Source of the DNA: an uncultured Planctomycetota bacterium
GTDB taxonomy: Bacteria; Planctomycetota; Planctomycetia; Isosphaerales; Isosphaeraceae
Reading direction: 5' to 3'
NCBI GenBank assembly: GCA_963823665.1
Contig: CAWGMQ010000003.1
Location: 384,001 to 448,000, forward strand
DNA: 64,000 nt
In this document: piece by piece, positions 33,168 through 45,547 of the stretch
How positions within the stretch are numbered: position 1 is the first letter of the stretch
Layout: each line of letters begins with the position of its first letter
Program-made: the position numbers and the translations under genes
The notes under the pieces: model-generated
Database searches by the model: none
Told to the model about the DNA's origin: nothing
Seen by the model: the letters and a program-made list of their open reading frames with translations, nothing else

Positions 33168-33710
33168 ATGATGGACTTCCACGCAACTCACCAAGATGCC
33201 ATCAAGATCGCCGGCACCGTTGCTTTGCCGTCGCCGTTTCCCGCCTGCGGCTCGCTTTCGATCGTGGTGGCGCCGGAGGATGGGGAATACGAAACCTACA
33301 TCCGGATCGTCCAGCACGTTTCCGGCAGGCGCATCATCACGCGATTCGTCCGGCTCGCGGATGTGCGGGCCATCCGTGCACCCGAGACGGAAGCAGCGCA
33401 TGGCGCTCCGGAAACCTGGCCGCTCGTCGGTCACAAAGAAGTGCTGCGGCGGATCAGCGAGAAGGAAAAGGAGCTTCGCGCCGCCGCGACCAAGTCTGGG
33501 AGCGCAAGCGAATCGGAATGGCTCGCCGCGGCGATTGTCTATGTTCCCGAGGCCGCACCGGTACTGCATCGCAACGATGTGGGGGTGACGGCCGCGGTGA
33601 GCGCCGAGGAGGTGGCGTTCAGTGATCTGCATTCCGAGGCGAGTGGCCATTGCGCCTTGAGGCCGAGCTTCTGTCCGGCCGCGGCGAAGTCGTTTTGCCC
33701 TGGGCATTGA
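33168..33710 (+). CDS. Hypothetical protein
   Basis: ORF fills the gap directly after the kinase; no recognised motif. Confidence 0.4.
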   Translation: MMDFHATHQDAIKIAGTVALPSPFPACGSLSIVVAPEDGEYETYIRIVQHVSGRRIITRFVRLADVRAIRAPETEAAHGAPETWPLVGHKEVLRRISEKEKELRAAATKSGSASESEWLAAAIVYVPEAAPVLHRNDVGVTAAVSAEEVAFSDLHSEASGHCALRPSFCPAAAKSFCPGH

Positions 33711-33809
33711 CGAGGCGGAATTCGGCGAGATGGTCCGCAACGGCGGACCCTACGGGAGGCGATGGCATCGGCTTGGGCCGGGGGCATTGACAGGGGGAAG
33801 CGCGGAACT

Positions 33810-35187
33810 ATGGAAGTCGACCTCGTTTTGCTCAGTCGCGATCTTTCGCCGCCGCGGGAGGATGTCTGGCGGGGCATCCAGATTCAGGATGAGGTCGATG
33901 TGCGGCTCCACCGCCTCGAAGGAACGCCTCGCCCGGAAGACCCGAACCGTTACGAGACGATCGCGCGGGCCCGAAACCGCGCGAAGGCGCTGGGAACTTC
34001 CCCGTGGGTGATGTTTCTCGACGATGACGTCGTTCTGGGCGACGAGTGTCTTGACCGGCTGGTGCGCGGGCTCGCGCAAGAATGGATTTGCCGCCTTGGG
34101 CGCGGACTGCGCCGGCGAGATGGCCCGTGAAACGGAGCACTGGGATTATCCCCGCCATGTTGGCATGGCGGCGACGCTTTTCAGGCGGAAGGCTCTGGAC
34201 CGGCTGACGTTTCGCTGGGAACCCGGAAAGTGTGAGTGCCGTTGCTGCTGTCTCGACCTGCGCCGGGCCGGGCTCGGCATCGGTTACCTCGGCGAGGCGA
34301 AGGCATGGCACCGGCCCATTCGACCCACCGTCGATCGGCGCCCCGAACCGGCGATCGGAACCGCGCGGCGATCGAGGCCAGGCACTCCACTGCACGTCAC
34401 TACCCCGGGGGCTCGGATTCTGACGGCGTTCGACCGGAATCACTTCCTGCGATTTCGCCGCCAGTTCCTGACCACGCTGCGCGCCGCGGGCAATCGCGAG
34501 CCGCTCACGGCGGTCACGTACGGCCTGCAACCGACCGAGCGGAGCATGCTGGAAGCGGCTGGAGTCGAAGTCGTGGCCAGGCACGCAAACGGAGTGTCGT
34601 CGGCGTTGCGCAGGCTGCGGGACTTCCAGGATGTCGTGGAGCGGTGGCCGGTGGAGACTCCGGTCGCCTACTGGGATGCGGGCGACGTCCTTTTTCAAGG
34701 GTCGCTCGCGCCGTTGTGGGAGCTGGTCCGCAGTGATCCGGAGCGTCTGCTCGTGGTGCGAGAGCCGGTCGGCGTCGGCGAGAGCCCGGTGATCGTACCG
34801 TGGACCGATCACATCGAAGACCCGGTCGTTCGCCGGGAGACCCGCGAGCTCCTGTCGGCGATGCCGTTCATCAATGCGGGGTTCGCGGCGGGCACCGCGG
34901 GTGCCCTGATGCGTTACCTGCGCGAAGGGGACCGGTTGTTACAAACGGATCTCAGAGGTGTTCTGCACTGGGGCGACCAGGTTGCGATGGGTCATTATCT
35001 TCATCATTATCCGGATGCATGGCGAGAGATCCCCGACGGCTGGAACTACTGCATCATCTTCCGCAAAGAAGGGACCTACCGGATTGGCACCGGCGGGCGA
35101 GTTGAGAGTCTCGATGGAGCGCCGGTGCACGTGGTGCACGGGAATGGCCGCACGCTCGAGCGATGGGTGATGGCGTTTGCGAGCTGA
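33810..35187 (+). CDS. Two-domain glycosyltransferase-like protein (GT-A folds), frameshift near 34080
   Basis: IARARNRAK...WVMFLDDDVVL; second domain YWDAGDVLFQG, FINAGFAAG, WGDQ, WNY, HVVHGNG. Confidence 0.7.
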
Positions 35188-35292
35188 TGCCAAGACCGGA
35201 GGACTTGATGAAACTAACCGAAAACAGCATAATAAGTTCCCTCTGCGGTCCGGTGGGCCGCATTTTTCTTTTGAGCGGGATTCAAGAACACG

Positions 35293-35955
35293 ATGTCGGA
35301 AGCCATGAAAACACGGGTCGAGCCGCGCGACCCCACGAAGAACAAGGGCACGGGAACCCGTGTTGCGCGGAAGCTGCGCAAGAAGGGTTTGATCCCGGCG
35401 GTCATCTACGGGCACAAGCAGGCGGTCGTGCCGGTGACGCTGACGCGCGATGATGTCTGGCGGATGCTCAAGACTCCCAGCCACCTGGCGGATCTGGACG
35501 TGAACGGAACATCGGAGACGGTCCTGATTCGCGACGTGCAATGGGACCACCTCGGCAAAGAGGTGCTCCACCTCGACTTCGCCCGGGTCAGCGCCGAGGA
35601 AATGATTGACACTGAAGTCACGTTCGAGGTCAAGGGCTTACCGGCGGGTCTGGCTGCGGGAGGGGTTCTCGAACACCTGGTTCACACGTTGCGAATCAAG
35701 TGCCGCGCCGGGGCCATTCCCGAGTCGCTCAAGGCCGATGTGAGCCCGCTTCAGGTTGGCGAGGGCATTCACGTCCGCGATCTGGTGCTGCCGCCGGACG
35801 TCACGGTGGACCACGATCCGGACCTTTTGCTCGCGCACGTCGTCATCCGGGCAGTGGTAGAAGAAGTGAAGCCGGAGACAGCCGAGGCCGAAGCGGCCGC
35901 GGCGCAGCCTGAGGTCATCAAGCCCGAGCGCAAGGAGAAGGAAAAAGAGAGTTGA
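35293..35955 (+). CDS. rplY: 50S ribosomal protein L25 / Ctc
   Basis: ARKLRKKGLIPAVIYGH, IRDVQWD, LHLDF, C-terminal Ctc domain. Confidence 0.95.
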   Translation: MSEAMKTRVEPRDPTKNKGTGTRVARKLRKKGLIPAVIYGHKQAVVPVTLTRDDVWRMLKTPSHLADLDVNGTSETVLIRDVQWDHLGKEVLHLDFARVSAEEMIDTEVTFEVKGLPAGLAAGGVLEHLVHTLRIKCRAGAIPESLKADVSPLQVGEGIHVRDLVLPPDVTVDHDPDLLLAHVVIRAVVEEVKPETAEAEAAAAQPEVIKPERKEKEKES

Positions 35956-36046
35956 AAGGTATTCTCTTCGTGTTTGCCCGGAGAACGGCCTTGCAGAGCT
36001 GCTGCGGGTAACGGCTCCGGATGGTGGCGTGCCGGGAGCTCTCGCC

Positions 36047-36631
36047 TTGCCGTCGGTCAAACTCGTCGTGGGCCTGGGCAATCCGGGCACGAAATACCAG
36101 GGCACGCGGCACAACATCGGCTACGAGCTGGTTGACCGCCTCGCGGAAGGCGGGTCAAGCTCGACGTTTTCTCGAAAGTTCGAGGGCCTATGCACCGAGA
36201 TCGAAATTGACTACCGGCGGGTCATGCTTCTCAAGCCCGAAACGTTCATGAACCTCTCGGGTCGGTCAGTCGGGCAGGCAGTGAGGTTTCTCAAGCTCCC
36301 TTTGACCGATGTGCTCGTGACATGCGACGATCTGAGTTTGCCTTTGGGTAAGCTGAGGCTCAGGCCGGGCGGAACCGACGGCGGACAGAAAGGCTTGCGT
36401 GACATCATCAACCATCTGGGGTCTGACCAGTTTCCCCGGCTCCGGATCGGTATCGGTGATCGAGAGCAGGCCGATGCCGCCGACTTCGTGCTCTCCCGTT
36501 TTCGTAGCACGGAGCGCCCCGTGATCGACGACGCCCTGATTCTGGGATCGCAGGCCGTCGCCGTCTGGGTAACCCAGGGGATTGACGCCGCCATGAATCG
36601 ATTCAATGGTCCGGCATCCGCCAATGCGTAG
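36047..36631 (+). CDS. pth: Peptidyl-tRNA hydrolase (start codon uncertain)
   Basis: KLVVGLGNPG.KY..TRHNIG, KPETFMNLSG, RLRIGIG. Confidence 0.95.
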   Translation: MPSVKLVVGLGNPGTKYQGTRHNIGYELVDRLAEGGSSSTFSRKFEGLCTEIEIDYRRVMLLKPETFMNLSGRSVGQAVRFLKLPLTDVLVTCDDLSLPLGKLRLRPGGTDGGQKGLRDIINHLGSDQFPRLRIGIGDREQADAADFVLSRFRSTERPVIDDALILGSQAVAVWVTQGIDAAMNRFNGPASANA

Positions 36632-36779
36632 CCGACGTGGTGAGCCAGCGGTCTTCCGGGCAAGAGGGTTTGCGAATGATTCTGTTGTCGACGAAGTCAA
36701 ATGTCCTTAAGCTCGTAGGAATCGGCGGGCTGATCCAATACACTTTCCAACCCATTCTTCCTGATGGAGGGTCCTTCTC

Positions 36780-37187
36780 TTGCCGGTGAACACGTATGAA
36801 GGCATGTTTTTACTGGACAGTACGAAAGCCGCGGCGGGCTGGGACGATACGGTCAAGCACGTCCACGACATCTTGACCAAGCACCATTCCGAGATCGTGG
36901 CCAGCAGGCAGTGGGATGAACGACGGCTTGCCTACGCCGTCGAAGGGCACAAAAAGGGCACCTACCTGCTTACATACTTCCGCACTGGCGCCGACCAGCT
37001 CAAGGACATCGTTGCCGACTGCAAGCTCAGCGATGTGATCCTGCGCGAGCTGGTTCTCAAGGTGCCCCTCAAGCTGGCAGACCATCTCGTCAACCACGCC
37101 ATGACCTCGAACCCGAACGTCGAGGCCGAAAACGCGCCGGAAGACGAACTCGACGATCGCCCACGGCGGCGGCGGCGAGACGATTGA
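36780..37187 (+). CDS. rpsF: 30S ribosomal protein S6
   Basis: YEGMFLLD, WDERRLAY.V...KKGTY; follows pth. Confidence 0.9.
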   Translation: MPVNTYEGMFLLDSTKAAAGWDDTVKHVHDILTKHHSEIVASRQWDERRLAYAVEGHKKGTYLLTYFRTGADQLKDIVADCKLSDVILRELVLKVPLKLADHLVNHAMTSNPNVEAENAPEDELDDRPRRRRRDD

Positions 37188-37259
37188 CGGAATGATTGGT
37201 GTCGCGTTTCGCTCGGCGAAGGATGACGGCCGTTCGCTGAGCGCGCGGGGAGTTCGGGC

Positions 37260-38657
37260 TTATACTTTGCCGACCATGTCTTCCGGCCGAACCCAGCGGT
37301 CGAAGTCTTCGGGCTTGACCAGACCAAGCTCGCTCGCGGCGTCGCGAAGAGTTGTCCCTTTCGCGTGGGCATGCTTGGCGATCTTGGCGGCTTTATCATA
37401 GCCGATGTGGGGGTTGAGCGCGGTGACGAGCATCAACGATCGCCGCAAGAGCTCGTCGATCCGGCCTTGATTGGGCTCGATCCCTTCTGCGCAGTGGTCG
37501 TTGAAGCTGGCGCAGGCGTCAGCCAGCAGCCGCACGCTCGAGAGGAAGTTGTGGATGATCAACGGCTTCATCACGTTGAGCTCGAAGTTGCCCAGCGCAC
37601 CACCGATGTTGATGGCCACGTCGTTACCCATCACCTGAGATACTACCATCGTGAGCGCCTCGGATTGAGTCGGGTTGACCTTTCCCGGCATGATCGAGCT
37701 TCCGGGCTCGTTTTCAGGAATCCGAATCTCGCCGAGACCGCTGCGCGGACCCGAGGCCATCCAGCGCACGTCGTTGGCGATTTTCATCAGCGAGGCCGCG
37801 AGCGTTTTCACCGCGCCGTGGGCAAAGAGCAGCGCGTCGTGACCCGAGAGTGCTTCGAACTTGTTGGGGGCTGTGACGAAAGGCTGGCCCGTCAATCGGG
37901 CCAGTTCCGCAGCCACCCGGACGGCATATTCCGGATGCGCATTCAACCCGGTGCCGACGGCCGTACCTCCGAGCGCAAGCTCGGCCAGGTGGGGTATCAC
38001 GCTTTCAACGTGCGCGAGTCCGTTGTCAAGGAGCTGCACCCAGCCCGAGATTTCCTGGCCGAGCGTGAGCGGGGTCGCGTCCATCAGGTGCGTGCGTCCG
38101 ATCTTGACGAGCGAGCGAAACTCCTCGGCCTTTTGCGCGAGCGTGTCGCGCAGCTTCCGGACAGACGGGATCAAGAGCGAACGCAGAGCCAACACCGCGG
38201 CGACGTGCATCGCTGTGGGGAAGACGTCATTGGACGACTGCCCTCGATTCACATGATCATTGGGGTGGACTTTACGGCTCATTCCCCGCTCGCCGCCCAG
38301 GAGCTCGCTGGCTCGATTGGCGATGACTTCGTTCAGATTCATGTTCGTCTGCGTGCCGCTGCCCGTCTGCCAGACAACGAGCGGAAACTCGTCGTCGTGG
38401 CGCCCGGCGATAACCTCGTCGGCTGCGGTGATGATCGCCTTGCCCACGGCGGGGTCTTTGAACTCTTCCAGATCGAGGTTGACCTGAGCCGACGCCCGCT
38501 TGACCAGGGCCAAGGCGTGAATGAGCGGCAGCGGCATCCGATCTGTGCCGATCTTGAAATTCTCGAGCGATCGCTGGGTCTGAGCGCCCCAGAGCCGGTC
38601 AGCCGGAACGTGCACCTCTCCCATCGTGTCGGTTTCGATTCGCGTCTGGGCTGTCAT
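37260..38657 (-). CDS. fumC: Class II fumarate hydratase
   Basis: [29 protein letters not shown], signature [11 protein letters not shown]. Confidence 0.97.
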   Translation of the reverse strand: MTAQTRIETDTMGEVHVPADRLWGAQTQRSLENFKIGTDRMPLPLIHALALVKRASAQVNLDLEEFKDPAVGKAIITAADEVIAGRHDDEFPLVVWQTGSGTQTNMNLNEVIANRASELLGGERGMSRKVHPNDHVNRGQSSNDVFPTAMHVAAVLALRSLLIPSVRKLRDTLAQKAEEFRSLVKIGRTHLMDATPLTLGQEISGWVQLLDNGLAHVESVIPHLAELALGGTAVGTGLNAHPEYAVRVAAELARLTGQPFVTAPNKFEALSGHDALLFAHGAVKTLAASLMKIANDVRWMASGPRSGLGEIRIPENEPGSSIMPGKVNPTQSEALTMVVSQVMGNDVAINIGGALGNFELNVMKPLIIHNFLSSVRLLADACASFNDHCAEGIEPNQGRIDELLRRSLMLVTALNPHIGYDKAAKIAKHAHAKGTTLRDAASELGLVKPEDFDRWVRPEDMVGKV

Positions 38658-38771
38658 CGTTTCCTTGCCTCGGCTAGTCCAGTGGCAACAGGCAATTCTT
38701 GAGCGAGCGTGATTTCTTGCCCTCCTTCAGGATAGCTCCTTTGGGATGCTCGTGCATCGGCGCACCCGGTC

Positions 38772-40142
38772 TCATTTCCCGATGCAGAACCTGCGGAAAA
38801 TGCGGTCGAGGATGTCGTCGGTGACAACCGCACCGACGATCTGGCCCAGCTCATCCACGGCGATCCGCAAGTCGAAAGCAACCAGCTCATCCCCGGCCCC
38901 TTGGGCGATCAGATTCGCCGCCGCCAGGAGCGCAGCGGAAGCCCGTGCCAGGCTGCCGCGGCATCGAGCGCCTGTGGCGGACAGAGCGCCCTCTGGGGCT
39001 TTGTTGCTCCGAAGTTTCTGGGCAATCGCCGAGCGCAAGGCCGCCAGGCCGACACCAGTCAGGGCGCTCGTGATCACCACGACGTGCTGGCCGGAAGCAT
39101 CAGGCCCTTGCGCGGCAAGGTCAGCCTTCGTCCAGACCAGGATGCGATCGCCTCCGAGCGGAGTTGCCACCTCGGACGACGGGTCGGTCAGCGCGCAGCG
39201 GCACTCGAGCAAGAGGTCGGCGCCCGCCGCCTGGCCGTCGCGCAGATCCTGGGCGCGGATGCTGACCGGATCGACGGGCTTCTCGAACCCCGCGGTATCA
39301 ACCAGCTCGACGGCAAGGCCGTCGCAATCGCAGCGCTCCGCGATGTAGTCGCGGGTGGTGCCGGACTGAGGCGAGACAATCGCGCGATCGCGCCTCAGAA
39401 GAGCGTTGAAGAGCCGGCTCTTGCCGGAGTTAGGAGGCCCGACCAGAACGACACGGGCGCGGTCGACGCGCCGCTCGCGGTCGGAGAGCTGTCGGCCAAT
39501 TCGGCCGAGGTCCTCCGCAAATTCGTGGAGCTCGCCGGCCAGGCTCGCTCGGGAGAGCGGGTCAACATCGGGCTCCTCGGTGAAATCAAGATTGGCCTCG
39601 AGGTGGGCAACCAGATCGAGCAGACGGTCCCGTAAGCGAGTGATCGGGTGCGAGAGACCGCCGGCGAGCTGCTCCAGGGCCGCGTCCAACTGGGCGGGGT
39701 TCTGCGCATCGATGACGCCCAGGACCGCTTCTGCCCGCGTGAGATCAATCCGCCCGGCCAGGAATGCCCTGAGCGTGAACTCGCCTGGCTCGGCAGGCCG
39801 CGCGCCCAGCGTGAAATAATGCGAGAGGAGCAGGCTCACGAGCGGCACGGAGCCGGTCAAGTGGACCTCGGCGACGTCCTGACCGGTGTACGAGCGCGGT
39901 CCAGGCCAGTGCGCCACCATCACCGGCAATAGGGGTCGCAATCCCGTGACTTTCAGGTAGCCGGCGTGGAGCCGCGCAGCTCGGCGCGGCGCGGAGGGCC
40001 CAGTGCTTGCGCTCGTTGAGAATCCGGCGAGCGCGATCGGGAACGCCTTTGGACCCGACAGGCGGACGATGCTGCGCGCGGCGGGGCCGGGCGCGCTGGC
40101 GTGCGCCGCGATGGTATCGCTGGGGTCGAGTGCCGAGGGCAT
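38772..40142 (-). CDS. mnmE: tRNA modification GTPase MnmE/TrmE
   Basis: DTIAA, PRSYTGQD, AEPGEFTLRAFLAGRIDLT.AE, GPPNSGKS, GTTRD, DTAG, C-terminal FCIGK. Confidence 0.95.
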   Translation of the reverse strand: MPSALDPSDTIAAHASAPGPAARSIVRLSGPKAFPIALAGFSTSASTGPSAPRRAARLHAGYLKVTGLRPLLPVMVAHWPGPRSYTGQDVAEVHLTGSVPLVSLLLSHYFTLGARPAEPGEFTLRAFLAGRIDLTRAEAVLGVIDAQNPAQLDAALEQLAGGLSHPITRLRDRLLDLVAHLEANLDFTEEPDVDPLSRASLAGELHEFAEDLGRIGRQLSDRERRVDRARVVLVGPPNSGKSRLFNALLRRDRAIVSPQSGTTRDYIAERCDCDGLAVELVDTAGFEKPVDPVSIRAQDLRDGQAAGADLLLECRCALTDPSSEVATPLGGDRILVWTKADLAAQGPDASGQHVVVITSALTGVGLAALRSAIAQKLRSNKAPEGALSATGARCRGSLARASAALLAAANLIAQGAGDELVAFDLRIAVDELGQIVGAVVTDDILDRIFRRFCIGK

Positions 40143-40201
40143 CGTCGCAGGCGATTGCGCGAGGGTTGGATGCATGGGATGCAACAGCGGCCGGCAGCGA
40201 G

Positions 40202-42528
40202 TTAGCGCCGGCGCGGCTTGGGTCTGGGCCGATCTCGCTCGCGCTCGCGGCCTTGATCCTTTTCGCGGTTCTTTTCGCTCTCGCGACCCTCGACCACGTT
40301 GCGGTAGGTAGGGTCTTTGCGAGCTTCTTCCAGGATGCGCGTCCAGAACTTGGCAATCGGGCCCTGGGGCTTTTCGTTGTCGCCATTACGCTCAGGATCT
40401 TGCTTCGACGTACCTCGCGGCCGCCCGAGGAATCGCCATCCGACGGAGTCGGACCCTTCTGGCTCTGGGCCGCTTTCCCGTCCGCACCCGGAGCGGTGGC
40501 GTGTGTGACCTTGGGAAGCAGCAGCCGCTCGCCGATTGCCCACAGACTGCTTGTAATGAAGTAGATTCCCAGCCCGGACGGAACTTTGTAGAACATGACT
40601 CCCATCACGATCATCATGATCTTCATCGTCTTCTGCTGCATCTCGGCTTCGGGCGTCGTGGCCGGAGGGGCGAACAGCTTGGTCTGGACGAGCATGAGGC
40701 CGATGACGCCGAACGGAAGCAGGTTGAACCACTCGCCAAGGTAGAAGGTGACGAGCGGAATCGTGAACGGTACGTGGAAAAGCATATCCGGCGCGGCCAG
40801 ATCGCGGATCCACAGGAAAGTTGCATGGCGGAGGGGAAAGCTGGTGTTCAGGGCCTGCCAGAGGCCGACGAAGATCGGCAACTGGATAAGGGCCGGCAGA
40901 CAGCCGCTGACGGGATTGACGCCATGCCTTCCGTACAGCGCAAAGGTTTCCTTCGTCAGCTTCTCCTTGTCGTCCTTGTATTTCTCCTGAAGCTCTTTGA
41001 GCAGCGGCTGAAGGGATTGCATCTTCTGGGCCGAGAGGGCTTGTTTGCGGCCAAGCGGAAACATCAGCCCGCGCACGAGCATGGTCAAAAGGATGATCGC
41101 GATGCCGTAGTTCCCCCGGGTCCCGCCGAAAATACGGGCAACACGCTCGGTAAGCTGGTACATGACGCCGAGGGTAGGCGTGATAAGCGTCTGGGCGATG
41201 TAAGGCGCAAATGGGATCCAGGTTTTCCGGTACACGGCGAGTGCTTCTGCGCCGTATGGTCGTAACGCCTTGTCGGTCTTCGGGCCCGTGAACACGTGGT
41301 AGCGGTGCACGACGGGTTCGGCGGGCTTGAGCGTGATCGGGCGTGATGTGATCTCGACGGTGACATCCGACTGGATGACTTTTTCATCCTTGTGCACGAT
41401 GAGGGGCACGGTTCGGCTGTCCCAACGGTCGTCCTGTCCGGTTGGAGGAGGGTCGGGCTCGAGGAGGGTCGCGAAATACTGATTCTCGACGCCGGCGTAG
41501 CGAATGGGCTTCTCTGTATTGTCGATCGAGCCGTCCTTGGCGGAGTTGATGTCGGATGCCGAATGGGTATCCGGCTTGGCCTGGCCCAACTGCCCAACGA
41601 AGACGTCGCGAAACGTGCCGGTGTACCAGAGGCCCTCGATCGGTATGCCGTGCGGACCGAGCAAGTGGTAGACGGTGGTCCGCTCCTTGTCCGGGCTTTC
41701 GAGTCTGATCTCTAGCTCGAAGCCGTCGGTGTCGGGGAAGAGCCGGTAGGTCTTGGTGACCACGACACCGCTCTTGGCGGTGGTGCGAAACACGACCGCT
41801 TCACCGGTCAAGGGCTTATTCGTCTCGCGATCCTGCCCTGTCACGGTGCGAACGACCTTGCCGTTCTCGGGTATCACTTGCCAGAGCGTGCTGTCCAGCA
41901 AATCCACGGATTCGGCCGCGGCGAGTCGTGCTGCGGCTTTCTCGGGGTCGTCCGCATCAGCCGCCGCAGCAACGGCCTTGGCAAAGCTCGCGCCGGACCC
42001 CAGCGTCAGCGCCAGCGACGCGGGTGCGAAACCGTCGCTTCGGCTGATGAACTCGAGGGGGCGTTTTTTAGGCTTGCCGAACTCGAATTCGCCGTTGTAA
42101 AGCGCGGACTCGAACCGAGTCGACCGAAGCGCCTCGCTGCTCGAGCTGAACGCGAATGTGATAACCCCCGGCGCGCGTTCTTTGATCGAACCGAGCACAA
42201 GGTCGGAACGGTCGACCGGCTTGATCTCGGGCTCTTTCGGAGGTTTCGCGGCAGCAGGCTTGGCCTCGGCCCGGACCGGCCCCTTCGGCTTCCCGGCGTC
42301 AAGCCCGGCTTTGGCGGCATCCGCGCCGCCTTGCGCGGCATCCGGACCGCCCTTGGCGATCCTCGCGTCTGCTCCGGCACCCGCCTTGGCTTTGGCGACG
42401 CCTGCGGCGGCCGCCGCCGGCTTCCTGGAGGGCTGGGCCCATCCCATCCAGTAAGATATCTGCGTCGCCACCATCATCCACAGAAAGATGATCGCGAAGA
42501 ACAGAACAAGCTTCTTCTCTTGACTCAT
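40202..42528 (-). CDS. yidC: Membrane protein insertase YidC (apparent frameshifts near 42120-42160 and ~40420)
   Basis: GNYGIAIILLT.LVR.LMFP, MQSLQP...EKYKDD, NPVSGCLPALIQLPIF, FLWIRDLAAPD, PSGLGIYF; upstream of mnmE. Confidence 0.93.
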
Positions 42529-42772
42529 GATGGGGCAAACCCGCTCCCGGAGCGTCGAAGGTGCTCACGAGATGAGGAGGGGCCGGTCATCGTCAAACTA
42601 CCGTGCCGGCGCCATCTCGTTTGCGTCTGGAGGCAGCCCGAGCCGGGGCTTGGAGTCGTGGTGGAATCAACCTCGAGCCCCGTCGAACCGGCCGGGCCGA
42701 TTGCATCACTGTAATATATGCGAGCGGCCGCCGCCTTGCCGGCCGCTCCTCGATCAAGGCACGTCAAGGCGG

Positions 42773-43585
42773 CTACCGTCCTTGCCTGAGCCGATCGCCC
42801 AGGAAGGGCTCGAGCTCGGGAACAGAGTAAATCTTCTGGATCGTTTTCTCAAAATCATAGAGCAGCCGGCGGTAGGTGATTTTCGGTGAACGCGGATTGG
42901 GTGTCGGAGTCCGCTCGCCGTCACCGTTGGCACCCTCGTCGGGCAGGCCGTCCTCGAGGATGACGTAACAAGCCCGATTGTCGCCGTCACGCGGTTGCCC
43001 AACCGAGCCGACGTTGACCATGACCTTGCCTTCGCCCAGAGAGTACTCCAGGTCGATCTCTTCAGGGGCGAAGAACTGAAAGTTCTCGGTGAAGATCCCC
43101 GGAACGTGAGTGTGGCCCTGAAAACAATATCGCCCGACGAGCTGGAACAACCGCTCCATCTTGCGGTGATTGTAAATGTCCTCCGGAAATATGTATTCAC
43201 TCAACGGATTGCGCGGCGAGCCATGAACAAACAGAAACGAACCATAGCGGTGGGAACGCGGAAGCTCGCCGAGAAATTCCCAGCGGCGCTGGTTACCTTC
43301 TCGATCGGACGGCGATTCGAGCTGTTCTCGCGTCCAAAAAATGGCACGCTCGGCGCCGATGTTGAAGCCGTCAGGGTCGAACATCGCCCCCTGGTCATGG
43401 TTGCCAAGCAGCGTCATCTTGCAGGTGTCCATCACCCGATCAATGCATTCGCGAGGATTGGGGCCGTAGCCAATAATGTCTCCGAGGCAGAAAATCTCGG
43501 TGATTCCCTGGGCTTCGATGTCGTCGAGCACCACTTCCAGGGCTTCGAGGTTCCCGTGGATATCACTGATCAAAGCGCGGCGCAC
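42773..43585 (-). CDS. Calcineurin-like metallophosphoesterase
   Basis: [39 protein letters not shown]. Confidence 0.92.
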   Translation of the reverse strand: MRRALISDIHGNLEALEVVLDDIEAQGITEIFCLGDIIGYGPNPRECIDRVMDTCKMTLLGNHDQGAMFDPDGFNIGAERAIFWTREQLESPSDREGNQRRWEFLGELPRSHRYGSFLFVHGSPRNPLSEYIFPEDIYNHRKMERLFQLVGRYCFQGHTHVPGIFTENFQFFAPEEIDLEYSLGEGKVMVNVGSVGQPRDGDNRACYVILEDGLPDEGANGDGERTPTPNPRSPKITYRRLLYDFEKTIQKIYSVPELEPFLGDRLRQGR

Positions 43586-43789
43586 CTAAGGGAAACCTCC
43601 GCCCGAAAATCGTTTAGCATCGCCAAACCGTGCCAGAATGTCAGCGCGAGCCAAACCAGCGCTACTCTTGGAAAGAAGTCCAGTCCAATCTAATATAAAC
43701 TCCCAATAAAGGATAGGGCGAACTAGGCCCAGCGGTCAAGTCCACGACGTCATGGTGTTTCGACAAATACAGCAATCGTGCATGAGAAA

Positions 43790-44477
43790 ATGAACGTCCT
43801 GGTGCTGGACACATCGACCTTCCGGGCCGCGATCGGTCTTCAGGCTTCGGTCTGGAATGGTCTTCGGCACGGCAACCGATGGAATGCAAAAACACGGCCG
43901 CGACCTCATCCCGTCCGTGGCCGAGGTGCTCGCGAGCGGCGGCCTTGGTGCGCGAGAGATCGAGGCAATCGGCGTCGGTTTGGGGCCGGGTTCGTATACC
44001 GGTTTACGGGTCGGGGTGATGGCGGCGAAGACCCTGGCGTACCTCACGGGCGCCCCGCTTATCGGGCTCGACAGTCTCGAAGCGGTCGCGTGGAACGCGC
44101 CCGGCAGCGTGCGCCGCGTTTGCGTTGTAGTCGATGCGCAGCGCGGCGACGTGTATTCGGCCGAATTCGTCCGGAAGGCACCGGACGAGCCGCTCGAGTG
44201 TGTCCGGGCAAGCGAGATCGAGTCGCTCTCGAGTTGGGCGAGCCGACTCGAACCCGGAACGCTCGTGCTCGGGCCCGGGCTCGAATCGAATTCGATTCGA
44301 CTTCAAGTTCCCTCTGACCTGCTGGCGGCTGACCCCGCGATGAATTTCCCGGATGGGATAAAGTTGCTCGAGATTCTGGACCGCGAGTGGCAAGCCGGAC
44401 GCCGCGAGAATGTGTGGCTCGTGGAGCCGCGGTACCTGCGACGGAGCGCTGCCGAGGAAAAGTGGGAGTCGCGATGA
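43790..44477 (+). CDS. tsaB: tRNA t6A biosynthesis protein TsaB (frameshift near 43850)
   Basis: MNVLVLDTS; GLGPGSYTGLRVG; DAQRGDVY; EPRYLR. Confidence 0.92.
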
Positions 44478-45326
44478 CCGCAACCGACCAATCCCGCACG
44501 AAAGCCGCCTACTCACTCCAGTGGAATCGGTACCGGATCATCCGCGACGACGAAGACCGGGCCACGTTCTTCAGTCGCGCGGGGCTTGCACCGGAGGCGC
44601 TCGACGGCAAGCTCATCCTCGACGCCGGTTGCGGAATGGGGCGCTACTCGCGCATTGCCGCGGGCACTCGATGCGAGCATTCGATCGGCATGGATTTGAG
44701 CCGCGCCGTCGAAGCCGCCCGCGACCTGACTGCCGGTCTCGATCGTGTTTCACTGATCCGAGGCGATCTGCTCCGGCTCCCGTTCGCCGACGAGCGCTTT
44801 GACATCATTTATTCGCTCGGGGTTCTTGATCACACGCCGGATCCACGCTCGGCATTTCTCGGGCTCGCACGGCTTCTCAAGCCGGGGGGCCGGATCGCCG
44901 TCTGGGTCTACCCCAGGGAGCGGCCGCTGGTGGAATTCATCATGAACGCTCAGCGAGCGGTCTCGACGCGCCTGCCGCTCCCCCTGCTGGAGCTTCTCTG
45001 CCGCATCATGGCTCCGATCGGTGGGCTCAAGCGCCGGCTTTTCGCCAGCCGGCGCCGGGTCGTCCAGCGACTCGGAGTGGCGTTGCACCTTCTGACGATC
45101 GGCGTCTCGATGCATCCCGATGCCGAGGTGCGCGTGTGCGATACACTCGACTGGTACGCACCGCGCGTATCTTTCGCGCCATACGTTCGACGAGGTTGCC
45201 GGCTGGTTTCACGAGGCGGGTCTTTCGGAGATAGTTGACTTGAGTCGCAGCCAGACCTGCTTTCACGAGGGACAGGGAAACGGCATCAACATCGCGGCGA
45301 TCAGATCAATTACGCGAAAGTCATGA
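44474..45326 (+). CDS. Class I SAM-dependent methyltransferase (frameshift near 45165)
   Basis: ILDAGCGMGR, DLLRLPF...FDIIYSLGVLDHTPDP, LKPGG; start overlaps the tsaB stop. Confidence 0.88.
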
Positions 45327-45547
45327 ACCAAGTCGGTGCCGGGAGCGTAGTCCCCTGTGGACGTCGCCGGTTGTGGCCTCGACATGGCTTGCCGCGCCGG
45401 CGCACAACTCCTTATCATTCGTAATGGGGAATCGGCGACGCCGCGGAAGATGGGTCGACTATACTCCGCGCGTCGGGCCCCCGCCCGAATTGGTCTTCTC
45501 GCTGTCATTCGCGTTTTGGCAAAACGCCGCCATCGGAGGTTCACAAC

